The position numbers and the translations under genes are program-made. Of a stretch of 25,912 bases of DNA, positions 24,294 through 25,912 are shown piece after piece (within the stretch, counting starts at the first letter, position 1; every line of letters begins with the position of its first letter). The notes under the pieces were generated by a model. That model did no database searches. It was not told the origin of the DNA and was given only the letters and a program-made list of their open reading frames with translations. The stretch spans positions 1-25,912 of IMG/VR virus record IMGVR_UViG_3300030433_001532, one strand, 5' to 3'. The DNA comes from a virus. Lineage: Duplodnaviria > Caudoviricetes.

Positions 24294-25912
24294 ACTGGCT
24301 CAACGCCACCAATCGCCTTGATGGCCGGCGCCACCGCGCCCAGGCTCTGCGCCGTCTGTTGCGCTTGCTGCATCTGCATCATCATCTCTTCCTGGGCTGC
24401 GCGCTCATCGCGTGCCAGGCTCACCTCGCCTTCGCCCTTCGTCACCGACGCCGGTATGCTCAACGTCTTCAGCATGTGTCGGACAAGTCCATCTACATCG
24501 AGGTGATCGAAGACGCCGGCGTCCACGCTCGCGATCGGCGCCAGCAACTCGAAGAGACGCATGATCGATTGCACGTCTGTCTGTCTCTGCGCCTTTGCCA
24601 TCGGCGAGACGTACTCAATATCGAAGCTTCTGCCCTGGATAATATCAGGCGGATCTGGGAACTGACGCTGCCGCTGTAGCAAGGCATAGACGCGTTCTAT
24701 CATGGGCTGAAGCAGCTCTGCCTGAAGCCGTCCCATCAGTGGGCCCATCAGTCGCATTTTCTCTTCATTCTTGAGAATAGCTTCTGTAGCCGTCATCTGA
24801 GGGCCATTGCCCATCAGCAACTGATCGACGTAGAACGCCTGGCGAATAGCCTCGCGCCGCTGTTGTTCGACGTTCAATCCCAGCGGATTGTTAGCCCCAA
24901 TGTTCAAGGGCTCAATTCGGTCACGGCTGCCGCTACGATAATAGTTCAAGCCGCCAGGCCGCGTGCGCACAGGTAGAACGAACCCATCGTCTGGCACCAT
25001 GAGCGGAGGATCGACTTGCTTCTGCGCCGCCGCGATCGTCGTCTTACTCATGGCGTTGATCATGGCGGTATCAGGCAACGCCGTCATCGCCGGCGACCTT
25101 CCATAACCACCCTCGTCGCTCGATGACTTCAGGAACCGCGGGCAGACGTAAGCAAACTCGTCGAAGCCGCCTTCGCGCAATACGATCTTTTGCTTCGGCT
25201 CGATGTAGATGCTGGCGAACGGTTTGTTGGCGGCATCGATGCGCTGCGCATCTCGATCGTCGCGCGGCATCACAATATGTACGACAGTAATCTCGTCGTA
25301 TGGATCTTTGGCGAGCTTCTTCCGCATCTCGTCGCCGATCGCGTCCTCACCAAACTGACGCACAAGGCTGCGCAAGTTCATCTTGAACTCACGATAGACG
25401 GTATCGATGCGCCCCAGCTCGTCCTCGGCGACATAACATTCGCTGATATGTCGCGTGGCAAAGCGAACGCCATTATTCTCTGGCGCGTTCGTTATGAACA
25501 TCACGCCGGTGCCAAAGGTCACCAGGTCATGGTACAGCTCGTGGACTTGCTCGGAGAAGTTCGACCGCTGAAACTCGCGGTTCATTATCTCGCTGACTTT
25601 CTCTAGATACTCTAGAGCCTCGTCATCCTCGTTATATTCGCGGTCCATGTAGGCCAGCTCAAACCAGGCGAGGTTGGGATTGGTCAGCATGCCGTGAAGA
25701 GACGCAGACAACATCTCTGCCGCGTGGATTGCCGTGCCGTCGTAAACCAACTCCATGCGCTTGGCACCCGGCGTGCGCTTACGCGTCACGTTGCCCTTAC
25801 GCGGCACGATGTAGTCCGCTATCTGTTGCCAATGCTCTTCCCAGGTGCCGCGGACAGACTTGAGCTTGTCCAGGCGCTTGAGAAGAGCGACGGCGCGATC
25901 GTCGGCTGCCAT
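24290..25912 (-). CDS. Portal / head-tail connector (T7 gp8-like)
   Basis: YDGTA, SNF...Y.DL..FGTG, YGRSPAM.ALPD, TATE and IEYVSPMAKAQ motifs; 540 aa. Confidence 0.95.
   Translation of the reverse strand: MAADDRAVALLKRLDKLKSVRGTWEEHWQQIADYIVPRKGNVTRKRTPGAKRMELVYDGTAIHAAEMLSASLHGMLTNPNLAWFELAYMDREYNEDDEALEYLEKVSEIMNREFQRSNFSEQVHELYHDLVTFGTGVMFITNAPENNGVRFATRHISECYVAEDELGRIDTVYREFKMNLRSLVRQFGEDAIGDEMRKKLAKDPYDEITVVHIVMPRDDRDAQRIDAANKPFASIYIEPKQKIVLREGGFDEFAYVCPRFLKSSSDEGGYGRSPAMTALPDTAMINAMSKTTIAAAQKQVDPPLMVPDDGFVLPVRTRPGGLNYYRSGSRDRIEPLNIGANNPLGLNVEQQRREAIRQAFYVDQLLMGNGPQMTATEAILKNEEKMRLMGPLMGRLQAELLQPMIERVYALLQRQRQFPDPPDIIQGRSFDIEYVSPMAKAQRQTDVQSIMRLFELLAPIASVDAGVFDHLDVDGLVRHMLKTLSIPASVTKGEGEVSLARDERAAQEEMMMQMQQAQQTAQSLGAVAPAIKAIGGVEPV

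Noticed and set aside
7061-25606. Numerous plus-strand ORFs (e.g. 23312-23989, 11180-11677, 19128-19625)
   Set aside because: Antisense shadows of well-supported minus-strand structural genes with no recognisable motifs.

Overview
The window is a colinear piece of a temperate, podovirus-like (T7/BPP-1/HTVC010P-style structural module) phage in its non-integrated form, probably infecting an alphaproteobacterium. Left to right it holds: a partial Hjc-type resolvase and a cro-like gene; a regulatory switch (extra winged-helix gene plus cI-like XRE/S24 repressor); a xis operon; a tyrosine integrase with three small genes; an attP-like region built on the 3' half of an initiator tRNA-Met; a lysis cassette; a free-standing PD-(D/E)XK nuclease; then tail fibre and receptor-binding genes, internal virion proteins, tail tubular proteins, cement, major capsid, scaffold and portal, all on the minus strand. 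Main discoveries: (1) the major capsid gene is split by a 258-nt ORF-less group I intron with clear splice sites and core pairings; (2) a 972-aa internal virion protein carries HhH-glycosylase-like and GNAT-like domains, and the linker between them contains an out-of-frame nested 76-aa ORF, possibly an inhibitor; (3) the attP arms reuse tRNA-identical motifs. All family calls come from motif recognition by eye; no searches were run.
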